This document shows, piece after piece, positions 28,206-41,500 of a DNA stretch of 64,000 nt. The first letter of the stretch is position 1. Each line of letters begins with the position of its first letter. The stretch lies in assembly GCA_050273025.1 (NCBI GenBank), contig CP158635.1, positions 10,230,001 to 10,294,000 of the forward strand, given 5' to 3'. The stretch is from Cenococcum geophilum (lineage: Eukaryota). The position numbers and the translations under genes were made by a program. A model generated the notes under the pieces. The model was not told the origin of the DNA, searched no databases, and saw only the letters and a program-made list of their open reading frames with translations.

Positions 28206-29002
28206 TATAACTCTAGTAAGCAGCTATATCTTATACGTAAGATGCGAGGGAAAGTAGGCTAGTAAGATCTTCTAATTATAGTATTGCGTGAATTCTAGTG
28301 TCTTATAAGAGCTGTGGCCGTTAAGAATTAAGAGTCTATATATACCCTTTATCCAGTTTTACGTATAAAGATTAAAGTATTTAATCTATTTAAGCGTAAG
28401 CTCATTGTTTATATACGCCGTATTACTAATACTAATAGTATAGCTATTAGAAATTGTTATCTCCAAGTACTACAGTAGTATATCTAGTAGGTCTTGCCTT
28501 TAAAGATAATAAAAGGCGGGATAACGTGGCCATCTGCGTAAACTGTCTCTATAATTATAACAGATTTATAGCTAAACGCCTTACCCGCCTTACACTGTAT
28601 GGCCTTATTATAAATAATAAGTACCTTATATATCCTTATGCTATATTGCATACTTCTTAATATCCCTCCCTAACGCGCTAAACCACTCTTTTATAAGAAC
28701 CGGATCTTCAGCGGCCTATCTCTTTGCCTCTTTAATTCCCTGTAAAATAGAAGAGCCGGAATGGCACCTCCTAGAGCAAGCTAAAACGGTATATAAAAAA
28801 AAATTTATAAAAAAAACCCCCCCTTTATTCCTTGTGAAGGGGAGTAGATAATCTCTAAAATTAACTATAATAATATATACATTAAATACATTATAAACAG
28901 GCAAAATAAATCTATGCCCACAACTCCTCGCTATTTATGCAAATAAAAAAGAAACACCGACAATGCACTTATCAAATCTCAAACTCCAATAAAATACTCC
29001 TT

Positions 29003-32000
29003 TCAATGAAGTGAAACCGAGGACAGCAATGACAACACCGAGGTATGCCACGACATCCGGTTCACTCCCTTTTGTATTTGATACATCTCTTTAAAGGCCG
29101 AGTCGCGCGCGCGTAGGCGCGCGGGACTGTCAAATTCCACGAGCCGGCCCTGATCTAGCATCGCGACTGCGTCAAAGTCGGTGATGGTGTCGAGGCGATG
29201 TGCGGCCGCGATGATGGTGTAGTCGCTGAACTCGGAGCGGATGAGCTCCTGCATCAAGGCATCGGTTTGGATGTCAACGCTGTAGATATTTTGAATCAGC
29301 ATGAACTCTTTTTTTGGGCCTCATTACGGATGCGCAGTGGGCCAGAAACTTACCTTGCAGTCGCCTCGTCGAGAACGAGAATGGACCCCTTGCGCACAAT
29401 GGCGCGAGCGAGGCACAGCAGCTGGCATTGCCCGTGGCTAAGCATGTCGCTTGTGAGTTGCTTGTCGAGTCCGCCATCCTCGAGGAGATGGCTCAGCTCC
29501 ACCTTGTCAAGCGCGTCGCAGATTTCCTCATCAGGGACATTGTGTAAGGGGTCGACATTATCCCGAATCGTACCGGCGAGCACGTAAGGGTCTTGCGGGA
29601 GCGCAATTAGCCGACTGCGAACTTCTTGCCTTGGGAGCGTTGCGATGTCGACGCCGTCGATGATAATACTGCCGCTCGATAGATCGAGAAGGCGTAATAG
29701 CGCAGATATGAGGCTACTTTTTCCGCTGCCGCTTCGGCCACAAAGGCCAACCTTTGCTCCAGGGGGGATGGTAAAAGAGATATCATCCAGGGTAGGCCGC
29801 GCGGATTTTCTTCAGTAAACATGTTAGCTAACCATGCCATCCGACAACAAACACAAAAAAAGGGCCATACTTATGAGATGCAGAGACATTCCGGAACTCA
29901 ATGGCTCCGTAGCTAGGCCAATGTTCTGGTGGGCTTTGATCTTCACCCGACAGATTTTCTGAGTCAACGGTCGACGTGAAGCTTCGAATTCTTGAAAGGG
30001 CACCCATTGAAGTTTCCAATAAAGTCCAATTTGTGATCAGTTGTTTCAGCATCTGGCTGAATCCCACAAGGTTCACGAGCGCCAGGCCAGTCAAGCCTGG
30101 GTCCGTTTCCCCCTTGGTCTTCACAGCTATCGTGACGAGAATGATAGCTATGGTTCCCACTATGAGATCTAAGACCAGGTTTAACCATCTCTGAACACAA
30201 TACAGCAAATAGAAGGGCTTCTGCGACCTCCGAAGCGCTACCAGGAACCGGGAGAGATGTTGGTTCTCCCATTGAAAGGCGCGGATCGTGACAAGACCGC
30301 TCAGGAGCTCGAGGAAATGCGTGAAGAGATATGACTTGGTCTCAATGTCTAGAATTCTGAGACGTCGAGAGGTGCGTAAGTAGAATTTTTGGACCATGTA
30401 GACGACTGCGATGCTGAATGGCAGCGCTGCGGCGATATACTTTGCCGACGCCATGAGAACGAGGAGCTGTGCAAAAAGCACAAATGCCACTTGATCAAAA
30501 TCAGCCCGGTCTACATTATGGGAAATAAAATACTGTACGTACTCATAGCAGTGCGAACCAGTGCGACCGGTAGCTCCATATCGATGAGCTCTAGGTCTTG
30601 ACTAAATCTGTTGGTGGTGATACCAGTGTCTGTGGAAGCAAAGAATGACATGGGGGCACTGGCAGAGAAGAGTTAGCTTGAAAAGGATCATGATCTGCGA
30701 TAGGAGCCCTACTTCATAACAGTATCGAGCAAACGCTGATGTAGTTTACGCCCTGATTGTGGAACCATTTTCATGATTAGAACCCTTTACACGTCAGCAT
30801 CTTCGGTCTCATTTGTTGTAAACAGGCACTTACCAACAAGCCAGAATAAGTGAAGCAAGTCCCAACGCGGCCAGAAATGTGTAAATAGATAAGTAGTACG
30901 CAACCTTCCTATTCGGGTGCTCACTGTTGTACTGGGCCCACCACTTGACCCAGACATCTAGCATAATTTGTCAGCAATTGCAATGAGGAAGGGAAAGGCA
31001 CACGCACTTGGAAACGCCGTTCCAAAGCCATATAGACTGCAGAAAAAGGTAAAGATGATCCAGCGTTTCCACCCGAAAGTCCGAATATAGTACCCATAGA
31101 TAGTCAGGTCCCCTACCGCAGTTTCCTCTTCTAACGAGCTGGAACTCTTTGAAGAAACAAGCGATGCTTTAAATCCTTTTAATGTACTCTTGGTATCGTC
31201 TCGCCTGTATATCGAACGGCCGGTCAAGGATAAGCTACTAACGTAGCCACCGAGCTGGTACAATTCGTCAAAAGTGCCTTGTTCTGCGATGTTTCCGTCA
31301 TGGCTAAGAGCAATAACGTGGTCTGCCTGCGAAAGGCGATGTACTTAAACGGAGGTTAAAGAGGGAACTATATGTCAGGAATGAAGAACATACCTGCGTT
31401 GGTAACTAAGATCACAGTCGTGTCTACACCTCTCAACAGACCCTGATCGCCGAGAACTGATTCAAATATATGCTCTTCGGTCGAGGCATCTAAGCCACTA
31501 AACGCATCATCGATCATGACTATGCTCTTACGAAAGTATATTGCTCTCGCTACTGCCTGTTTCCGTCCTGTCAGAAATGAACAACCTTCCTGATTATAAG
31601 AGACCTACGACACGCTGTTGCTGTCCACCTGAAAGGCTAAGGCCTTTGCTTCCGACGATAGTATCATCTCCAAGCGGCAGTTGTGCGAGGTCTGTCTCCA
31701 GATCGCAAGCTTGGATGACTGTGTTGTACCACTTCGGGTCGTATTCTGCATCGTGAATAATATTTTCTTTCAGAGTTCCGTTCACAAGCCACGGAGTCTG
31801 ACTGCAATAGGCTACTTCGGTCATGAATGATCGGTACAAGCCCTGGGTAGCTGGCGTCTCTCCCAGGAGGGCCTTTAGTAGTGTCGACTTGCCACTGCTT
31901 ACCGGTCCAACGATCATGGTAAGACTGCCCTCCTTGATCTTGAAGTTGAGATTTTGGAGAACCGTGGGCTTCTCCGTATCCCATCCACAGCTAGCGTTCT

Positions 32001-34138
32001 CGGCCACGATGCAGTCTCTTTCGAGGTGCGAAAGCGTAACATCGTCTCCTATCTCGATCTCATCAAATCCCACATGCTTCTCATTCTGAAGCGGTGTTTC
32101 CTCTGGGATATCTGCAAGCTCGGGTTGCTGCGACGGATTAAGTGAATGTAGTTCGTCCGAAGGGGTTTCTTTCTTGACCTCAGTGATGAGATATATGCGA
32201 ATGCGCTCAAAACAACCCAGGGCTGTGATAAGCCCTGAGAGTGATGTAATGAAGAAGGCCACCGGTTCAAGGAGAAGATTCATTAGAACCAGAGATGTGA
32301 GGGCTCTTTCTGTGTCCAAGTTCGGGTACCCTTTATATTTTGCTAACATAATGTACGATCCTAAGGCAACGACAGGGCTCAAAGATGTGCTTGCAAATGC
32401 TGGGCTCAAAATTAGTCTCAATGAAGAGTAGGAAGAGATGAACTTACAAAATGTGGTTATTTTCACTAATAAAGCGCGAAACGTTTCGGCGGTCTGGATT
32501 TCATTCTCACGGAGAGTCGTGATTCTCGATGCCAGATGAGGCGTGAGACCAGTCATCTTTATCCCTTTCATTGCTCCTAGCATAGAAGCCGTGGCATCAA
32601 TTCGGGTCTGGATTCGATCGAGCCAGGTCTTTTGTGAATTTACCAGTTTAGGAGATAGGCCGATTGCTGCGAAAGTACATCCTACGGATTCTGTTAATGG
32701 GTGGGTGGAGAGAGGATGGGCTTTGACTGACCAAATATGACTACCAGCGGTGTCAACGCCGCCCAGCTTAGTTGTATATAGAGCAGCCATATAGACAAAG
32801 CTATTTCGAAAAAGCTTGCCCATAACTCATGGACTTGGCGGAGTCCAGTCGTTATCCGTTCGACGTCTGCGTTCATCAGGGTCACCGCTTCCGACTCCTT
32901 TAGCGCGGAAGAGCTAAGGGTCAGAGTTTTTCGATAGAGAAGGGCCACAAGTGTGCCTCGAAGTTTCGCAATACTTCGATAGGTTCTATGTTGGTGCAGA
33001 GCACCAGATAGCTGTTTAATAGTTAGCGAGCGTAGCGACTGAAAGAGGCCGATTCACTTACCGCAAAGCCACAGTATACGAGAACATACGCAGCAATGAG
33101 GCCGTAGCCAACTGCCTGGCGGTTTTCATAGTCGTTCTTGGTTAAGTAACTGAGTACACGTTGCAGGAGAAACGGCTGGCTGAAATTAAACCCGGTCGCG
33201 CATAACCTTGGTATGATGGCGGATGCAAAACTTCGCCCATGGTGTTTCGCCGCAACCATGAACAAGCTGTTTGGCCGTGGTTGATTTGGTGCTAATTTAG
33301 TTAGTGAAGCTAGTCAGGATGTGGAAATCACCATTACATACACTTCTCCCACTTTTCGTACAGAGCAAGTAGCTCTTGCTCTCCAATAAGCGATGACTGT
33401 ACCTCAAAGAGTGAATTCTCTTGTAGAGGTGTTTTATACCCTCTGAGTAGTAAGGGGTTCAGCCACCAGAAGACCAATCTGTTGAAGAATCCACTCGTAG
33501 CCTCCGGTGCGCTGAACTCTTCTTTAGCAATCAACATCTCTCGTTTCTCTTTCAGTTCTAAAACAAGGAGGCTGCTCTTAATCACAGTAGCTATCAGGAG
33601 TATGATACCCAGTGGTCGGGCGTCGTCCGTCGCAAAAAGTGTTCGAACTCGAGCGGCATGAAAAACAATAGAAACGGTGAGGTAAATGCCAATAGTTGAC
33701 GACGGCCGGGCGTTTCTATAATGCTCGAAATAGGACACCAGCGCAAGCATGAATGTCGCGATGAGGTCTACGACCACGCATGCAATTGCTGCTCTCGTTT
33801 TCACGGTGTCTGGCATGGACATGGCCCCTAAGGACAGGAGTTGAACCCCCCCATAGAGAGCGTAGCAAGACTAAAACGAAGTTAATAATGGTGAAAGACG
33901 CATATATTAGTATTTTCATTCTTACCTGTTTCGAGATATGCCATAGTCGCCCTTCAACTTTGATGCTAGCCTTGTACAATCTAATTAATCGGAGTATAAG
34001 GACAGGGAAAACGATCGTGAATGGTATTATCGAAAGGATAATTTCTTCAAAGAACAAAGTAAAGTCAAATCCACCATAACACCATGGGTTCGAAGGGCCG
34101 AAGCCCTTCTGGGTATCAATTGAACACCTGAGCGGCAT
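29003..34138 (-). CDS. ABCC/MRP-type full-size ABC transporter (TMD0-TMD1-NBD1-TMD2-NBD2), multi-exon
   Basis: N-terminal C..D..FGP...C..GFDFTLFFEE motif. NBD1 has GPVSSGKST and LSGGQQQRV; NBD2 has GRSGSGKSS, LSHGQCQLLCLARA and ILVLDEATA. GT-AG introns are present (first 33925-33871). Not every internal exon boundary was verified. Confidence 0.93.
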
Positions 34139-34716
34139 GTTAACGAAAGACTAAGAAAATTGCATTCAGAGAGGAAAAGAATGGAAAAGGAGATGTAGTC
34201 CCCACGATGGATTTCGGATTGCAGTTGCCTACAACGCAGGCGATATCACTGTTATCACGGGGGTCCGACATGATTCAGAAGCTCTAAGCCAGCTTGCTGC
34301 GCAGTCTAAGCAACGCCCGCAGTCATTCACGAGGTGTACAAGCAAAATTAGAAGTAGGTCATAGCGAGCATTCCGTTCCGTCAGATTGGAGATGTTCGAG
34401 AAACATCTGACAGGAAGATTTGACCCAGTTAGAGGACGACATGGATCCGACCTTAGCGATGTTATATTTTCGCAAGTCTCACTAAGATGGGGCTCTAGCG
34501 ATTATTTTTAAAATAAACGTTAAGCTTACATGTTGTGCATTTAGCGCTGTGCAGACCCCAGCTGCGCCCTGGCCCTGCACCACGCTCCTGGGCCCGCCCG
34601 GAAGCTAAGAGATGCGAAGCTAGTCGCCGATCACGGATAGCTTGCAGAAACTAACGATAATCATTTTGATCGCCACGTGGCGCAACCGTCAGCCCTGAGA
34701 TAATTACCGTGCTATA

Positions 34717-34853
34717 CACCCTCCTGTCAATTCCAGTTGTTAGCGCAGCCACGTCTGCACGGCCTTTTTGTAGGGGAAGTTTGGGTATTTTTGCTGTTTA
34801 AGTAAGGCCGTGCAGATGTGGCTGCGCTAACAACCGGAATTGACAGGAGGGTG
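34717..34853. mobile_element. 137-bp MITE (Tc1/mariner-type), copy 1, upstream of the ABC transporter
   Basis: ~50-bp TIRs (CACCCTCCTGTCAATTCC...GGAATTGACAGGAGGGTG) with TA on both sides; near identical to 44655-44791. Confidence 0.92.
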
Positions 34854-35481
34854 TACACCACCTTGGCGCATCCGGTTGAAAGCGCGTGTTGATCGGGCAG
34901 ATCAAACTACGTGGATTTATACCCCAAAATACGTTAAAATACGTCGAAATGGTCGTGCTTATTACTTTAAAGGTATAAAATTGTGCCGTTTGATCAGCGC
35001 GATCAACAAGTGCTTATGCGCCAAGATGGTGTATGTACAGTACGTCAATGCTTGCAGCAGGGAGTCGATCTGCCGGCTTTCCCTTTATCAGGATGAAACC
35101 TGGCTAGGTTGTGCGTATATTCTGGCACGACTTGCCTCATCGAAACGTCAGGCCGCGCCTTTACAATTGTACCCGTCGATCTGGAGAACTCGTGTATTGA
35201 TTGATCTATGAAAGAAAAGAGACTATATATACATGATGTCGGTGCAGGACCAGCGGGGGGGTACGTAATAGGGAGTAGGTGATCGAGTCAAGCAGGGGTA
35301 GGTGACTGAGTCGAGGGGTAGGTAGTTGATTTAGGTCGACAGTACCATAATATTTTCTTACACGTAGTAATCAGAAAATAGTTCAGAAACGGATAATTTT
35401 TTAATAGAAGCTAAAATACACTAAAATACACAAGCAGATCTTAATTAGGTAACAGTATTTCTTAAGATATCCTAGGATATC

Positions 35482-37374
35482 TTAAAATGCGGCAACGCGG
35501 AACCGAAGTACAGGACCCTCCTTTGCAGCAGTCACATGATCCCTCAACTGGAACTCATCCGAGCGGTGCCTCCCATACTCTGCCCCCGGTCTACCTCCCG
35601 CGCGGTCACCAGATGCCAATTTGAAGTCTAATCTGTACAATACGACAGCCATCGTAAGCATCATCTCCACCAGAGCCACGCCCTTCCCAATGCAACTACG
35701 AGGACCAACCGAGAACGGATTGAAAGCCGTGTTTTGGTCCATCGCTTGTTGAGTTGTCCTATCTTTAATAGCCAGCCATCGGTCAGGATTATAATTGAAA
35801 GGATCGGGGAAATAAGCTTCCTTGTGTTGTATGCTGTAGATTGGGACTCCCACATCGCAGCCTTCAGGGATGAATTCTCCATCCACTATCGCACCGCCAC
35901 TCGGTACTTCGCGAGAAAGAGATTGACCAACAGAGGGTGACATGCGCATTGCTTCGTCGATACAGGCGCGAAGGTAGCGGCAGCTGCTAAGCTTGGAACC
36001 ACCCTTAATTTCCTCAAGATTTTCAAATGTCGACCGCACTTCCGCCGCAGCTCGTGCGTATGCATCTGGATTTCGGCTCAGGTAAAAGAAGATAGCCGCC
36101 ATGGCAGTAGCAACGGTATCAGCCCCTACAGAACGCGTTAGAATCTACTGATGTGTAATCAAATACAAAGGTGACAAACCAGCAACCACCAAAGTGGTAC
36201 TTTCGGAAATTATTTCCTCTTGGTTGAAGCCCAGTCCAGTTTCGGGGTCCTTGGCCTCCGTGAGGATTGCGAAGAGATCCTTGCGCTTCGAGCGATCATT
36301 CTTTTTGGTGTCCCTGAGAAGTTTTCCGACAAACCTAATAAAGAGGTTCCTAGCAGCAATAGCTTTAGGGAACAGAAGTTTATCAAGGCGAAACATCCTC
36401 AGGATTGGTGCTTGTAAAATAGAGCTGACACGAATGTTGGAAGTTTCAATGATTTTGACGACGTATCTGTAGGTTTCTCTCTCGAGCATGTTGTATCGTC
36501 CCGAAAAGATCAACGACGCCATAATGTCAAAAGCCAAGAAGTTGCCTATCACACTGGTTAGAGTGATATCCTTGTTCTTCTTCGGTCATCACTTACACCA
36601 CTCGGCCATGTTCCTTGGGGTTTTCCAGGTCTGTTCTGGGGACGTCACAGTTTGGGACTCGTGATTTGCTTTGGCGCTCTCCTCTTCCGCTGTCTCAAGA
36701 AGACGGTCGCAGAATCGATTGATGATTTCAAGCATAGCTGGCTCGAAATTTCGAAGGGTTGAGTCGGAAAGCCCTTGACTAATGACTCGCCTTCGGCGGC
36801 CGTGGTCCTTCTTATCCCTAACAGTCAGGGTGTTAAGAGCTTGGTGAACCATTGCCGAATAGTTCTTGCTCTTGGTGAAGTTTTTGCCTTGCGAATAGAT
36901 GTCTAGCTGATCGTTAGAATAAGAAATTGGAGTATTGCAAATGACCATCTTACTCTTGAGACCAGTGGCAGTATTTACATTCAGGCGATTTGGGGCATAT
37001 CGGACGAAGTCGCCATACTTCTGGTGACATCGCCACATATCAATATGAATATCACCTTTCCAAGCATGGTAACCAGCATAAAGATCGGTGAACTTGGCCA
37101 AGAAAGGTCCAGGATATTTGGCTAGAGGATGGAAGAAAACAGAGTATATGAACGTGGCCAGAGCCTAGAAGTAATGGTTAGTCTCCAGCGATGGATGACT
37201 GAGTAACATGGAAGAAGGATCACATACATAGAGTGAAAGGACTAGAACCAGGCATGATGAAGCAACAACAATAATCCGACTCGCAGCAGTGGCGTGAGCC
37301 AAAGCAACAAAAAATGATCGGCTTGAAACAACGACTTGTGCCGTAGGTGGAAAAACATCAAATGAGCTAGCCAT
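35482..37374 (-). CDS. Cytochrome P450 monooxygenase, multi-exon
   Basis: Hydrophobic N-terminus, HPLAKYPGP proline hinge, I-helix VVAG|ADT, EAMR (ExxR), PDRW and heme motif PFSVGPRSCIGK. The first intron is 37227-37165. The start ATG at 37374 is inferred. Confidence 0.93.
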
Positions 37375-38542
37375 AATGAAAGAATGGGGTGAAACAGTGA
37401 AGGGAACTGAACTGTAAAGACGGGGATTCAGTGAGGAAACGTCTTCATTCTCTGGCCGTTCCAATATATACGAGCCCTCATCTTGAATGTAACTAAATAC
37501 AGTCCCGGGCCGCCAACTACTTACTCAACCAACCGCTCACTCAACCGGCCAAGCTGCGGTCTTGCAATTAGCTCATACCTGGGCGGTGATCTGAGCGCAG
37601 CTCTGCAAGGTCGCATCATGATCTTGGAGACTGAGATAGAAGCATTAGCTTATTTTTGGCCTGATACCTGGGCGTGCAATCCTGCTAACACTCTCCCCTG
37701 CAGCAGAAATCTCGTTTTCGGAACAGGTGGCGACCTATTGGCGTATGAACATTTGCTGCGGCGTTTCTAAATCGGGTAATTCACATGCAAAGCAAGGTTG
37801 TCAAAGATAACCATAATTCAAAATGCATTGTTGGGTCAGACGTGTGTAGAACTTCAGGACTAATTCGGCCATAGACCGTATTGGACACGAGAAGCCGCTC
37901 CTGTGCTGTGAATATAATCAAATAATGTAACGTAAGCACGGCAGCTATATGCCGGGTGAACCTTTGGATCTGCCAGAGCCACGGTGAGCTCGGTCAGCTT
38001 GGGTTGAAGCATCGACTAGGCACTGTGCACTACCCTGGCAGTGCAATGCCGCCACGTGCGGGCTGAATGTTCCACGTGTGACGTGCATAGGCGAGTTATC
38101 GGCCCGCCGTTTGTCCTATTAATTCCCCGAACTGCGGCTGAAATCTAAGTCAGCACGCCCTGAAATAACACCAAAAGCGGAATAAAGTGCTGAAACGCTG
38201 AGCCTTGGCCGGTTGTGGCGGATTATGTACTTCCCGTCGGAGTTAGCGCGATCAAGACTTCTCAAATTTAGCGAGCTTGGTGCCTGGCAGCACCCGGCGG
38301 TGCAAAACCCGGTCAATGAGTTCATTCGGATCAGATGTTTATTTCGTGACTTATATCTTCAGTTTATTTCTGTGATCATCATCAATCTTTGTCTCCCGTA
38401 GTCCTCAGTCCCTCTTTCAAATCGCCCCTCTCTTAAATCGTCCCTCGCTCAATTAAATTATTGCATACTTATCTCAGCCGTCTGTCCCGCACTCTAGCAT
38501 CAGATAACGCGTCCGGAGCAATTGCTTCGAGCCAAGTCAAAG

Positions 38543-41500
38543 ATGGAGGCTTACCAAAGCGTATCGAAACAACAAGAACTATGTCATGTTCTGCTCATAG
38601 AACTTCTCGCGTTCGTCTCTCAATCAACCGTGTTCCAATAACCACTGACGATTACATTTTTACAGACACCAATTCTGTTCAGCAGTGCGATGGTACGTTA
38701 GCAAGCCTCTCATTCATATCCGACTTGTGATCTGATCCGATTCCAGGACCGAGACTCAGGACTTGCTGCTATCCGAGTTCCAGACGAAAAAGACTGTGGA
38801 GATCGGTCCGTCGGAGACGCTGACAAATATGATGAAAAGAACGCGCGATCTCGTTTACCGTCCTTTTGATACTGCGAACTCCATTTCGAGGGATTTTCTC
38901 TCGCTCAAGCGGAATAAGCAGGATATTTATTTCGCTGCGCCGCGGGGAGAGCCGGCGGTGACGGCGGTTACGTCAGTCAGCGCGACACCCCCAGCTGCGC
39001 CACACCAACTAGCAGTACAACCGACAGTGGAAGCCCTCCCACCATCAACAACCCCTGCGCCTATCACTGCAGGTCCTGTTGAAGACGCTCCAGTATCTGC
39101 TGCGGATGTGATTAGGACCATTGTTGCCATCGCCTTGAAGAAGAGTGCGAAGGATGTCTCTTTTGACAGCTCGGTCAAGGCCCTTTCTGGAGGTTAGCCT
39201 CAACTTTTAGTTTCCCCCTCCTATTCATGATTCGGACGACTGACATTTAAGTAGGACGGTCTACCTTGCAAAATGAGATCACCGGTGACCTGGACGCCGA
39301 GTTCGGGTCTGCGCCTGATGGTGCAGAGGAGATCCCGCTGAAGGAGCTTGCTGCTATGCTACAAAAGACCTTTTCTGGCCAGTTGGGACGACGTACAAAG
39401 TCTCTGGTAGACAAGTTCTTCACGTCTAAGATGCCTGGAGGTTTCAATCTGACCAAAGTTCGAGATATGCTCGAGCAAGAATACGGATTCGCTGCCGGGA
39501 GACAAGATTCTATTCTCTTGTTCTCCCTTCAGACGCAACCGGCAGCCCGCTTTGATTCGGAAGAAGAGGCAAAAGGATATTGGTCCAGTATTGTTCAGAC
39601 ATACATTGCTACGACCGGCATTGAGATCCGAAAGTCGGCCACAATGTCTAGCACTGCCGTTGCCGGTGCCCGCATCGATCCTAAGGCGCTCGATGCTTTG
39701 AACAAACGCTCCAACGACTTTCATCGAGACGTTTATCAGGCCTATGCGAAGCATCTCGGTGAAAACTCTGGTTCTGGTTCCGAAGAGGTGGTGAAATTGC
39801 GGAGCGATTTGCATCACATGCAGGCCGAACTTGACCTATGGAATCTCGAGCACGGCAACGAGTATGCGAGAGGCATCAAGCCGTTTTTTGATCGCCGGAA
39901 AGCTCGTCTATTCGACTCTTTTTGGAACTGGGCTTTACAAGACCTTTTCTTGATCTACCACGGAATTCGCCAAGGCACCCTTAGACTCCAAGATGAAGAT
40001 CTTGCTCGGCGCCGACGTGCACTTGTGAATCGGTCGTGCCAGAGATTGGTTCTCGTTCTTTCCCACATGTTGGTGGAAATCAAGACGCAGAAGCCGCAGT
40101 CCGCCGACATGGAGGACTGGTTCGCGGAGCTGCTTGTGGACTGTAAGGCCGCTCTCAAACAACCACCAGCGTATATCGGATCGAGCAAACCCACAGCACC
40201 ACGGACTACCATTGATGCCAATGGATCTATAACATTCGTTGAAGAGCCGTGCGCCCATCCCCCTGTCCGGACCTTTGAACCGAACGCCTTCGAAGCCGCA
40301 CTTGTTGCCAAGGAATCCAAAAACAGTGTCAGAATTATTAATCAACCGTTCCTGAACGCCCCCCCTACCCCCGCTATGACCCCCGACCTTACCCCCGCTT
40401 TGACCCCTGCCATGACCCCTGCCATGACCCCCAGTAAAACGCCTAACTTCGACGCATCATCCATTCCAGAAGTGCCTGGTGTTCACAGCAGATACTGCCC
40501 CCAAATTCAGCAAAAGTCGGGAGGAACATGGAAAGACTCCAGGACCTTGACCGATGAATACGTTAATGTCCTTGATAGTGCAGTCTCGGCAGGTTTGGCG
40601 TTCCAGGGGAAGAATGTGCTGCTCACAGGTACCGGCAAAGGTTCTATTGGCTCTAAAATCTTGCAAGGCCTTCTCTCTGGAGGGGCTAAAGTCATCGTTA
40701 CAACGAGCTCATACTCAAAGACCACCAGGTACTACCAAAACATGTATTCCAAATTTGGATCCAAAGGGTCGAGTTTGTTGGTTGTGCCCTTCAATCAAGG
40801 CAGCCAGCAAGACACGGAATCACTCATCGAATATATCTACAGCATTGGCGACGCGGAATGGGATCTAGACCATGTCATTCCATTTGCAGCAATTTCGGAA
40901 CACACCAATGGCCTCGAGATTGATTCGAATTCAGAACTAGCCCATCGCATGATGCTCACCAACACTCTACGACTGCTTGGGGCTATAAAGAGAGCGAAAG
41001 AGAGCCGTCGAATTTCTACCAGGCCCGCCCAAGTTATTCTGCCTTTGTCCCCTAATCATGGTGTTTTTGGAAATGACGGACTCTACGCAGAGTCGAAATT
41101 GGGCCTTGAAGGGCTTCTGAACAAGTGGCATACAGAAGATTGGCCTGAATACCTATCCGTCTGCGGCGCAATAATTGGATGGACGCGCGGAACGAAGTTG
41201 ATGAATGATAACGATATCGTAGCCGAGGGTGTTGAATTGTTGGGCATCAAAACATTCTCGCAAGACGAAATGGCCGTGAACATCCTCGGTTTGATGACTT
41301 CGCCCTTACTCGAAACTTCACAAACTGAGCCGCTCCTCGCTGATCTGAGTGGGGGCATGAGCTCGTTCCCGAATTTAAAGGAAGATGTCGCAAATATCCG
41401 AAGCGAGATTTCCGAAATCAGCTCGAGTCGGCGTGCTCTTGCTCGTGAACAGCGAGCCGAATATGGTATCCCCAGCACAATCTCGGGATCCAACACGTTC

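Larger units (their letters stand above)
20651..28740 (-). mobile_element. pogo/Fot1-like DNA transposon remnant (fragments ~20651-21919 and 28211-~28740), RIP-degraded, 5' end missing
   Basis: Minus-strand DDE_1 motifs IIETV.ADGHVIPPFIIFKGK and LILNGHSS..TLEF. FPSHLT.K..LL..VIF..FK reads continuously across the insertion site, followed by GTGLYLFNLKKVLNKLP. An ACGT-type terminus lies at 20651. Confidence 0.85.

Noticed and set aside
34672..38085. CACGTG boxes in intergenic regions
   Set aside because: Short common motif, not found consistently upstream of all cluster genes.
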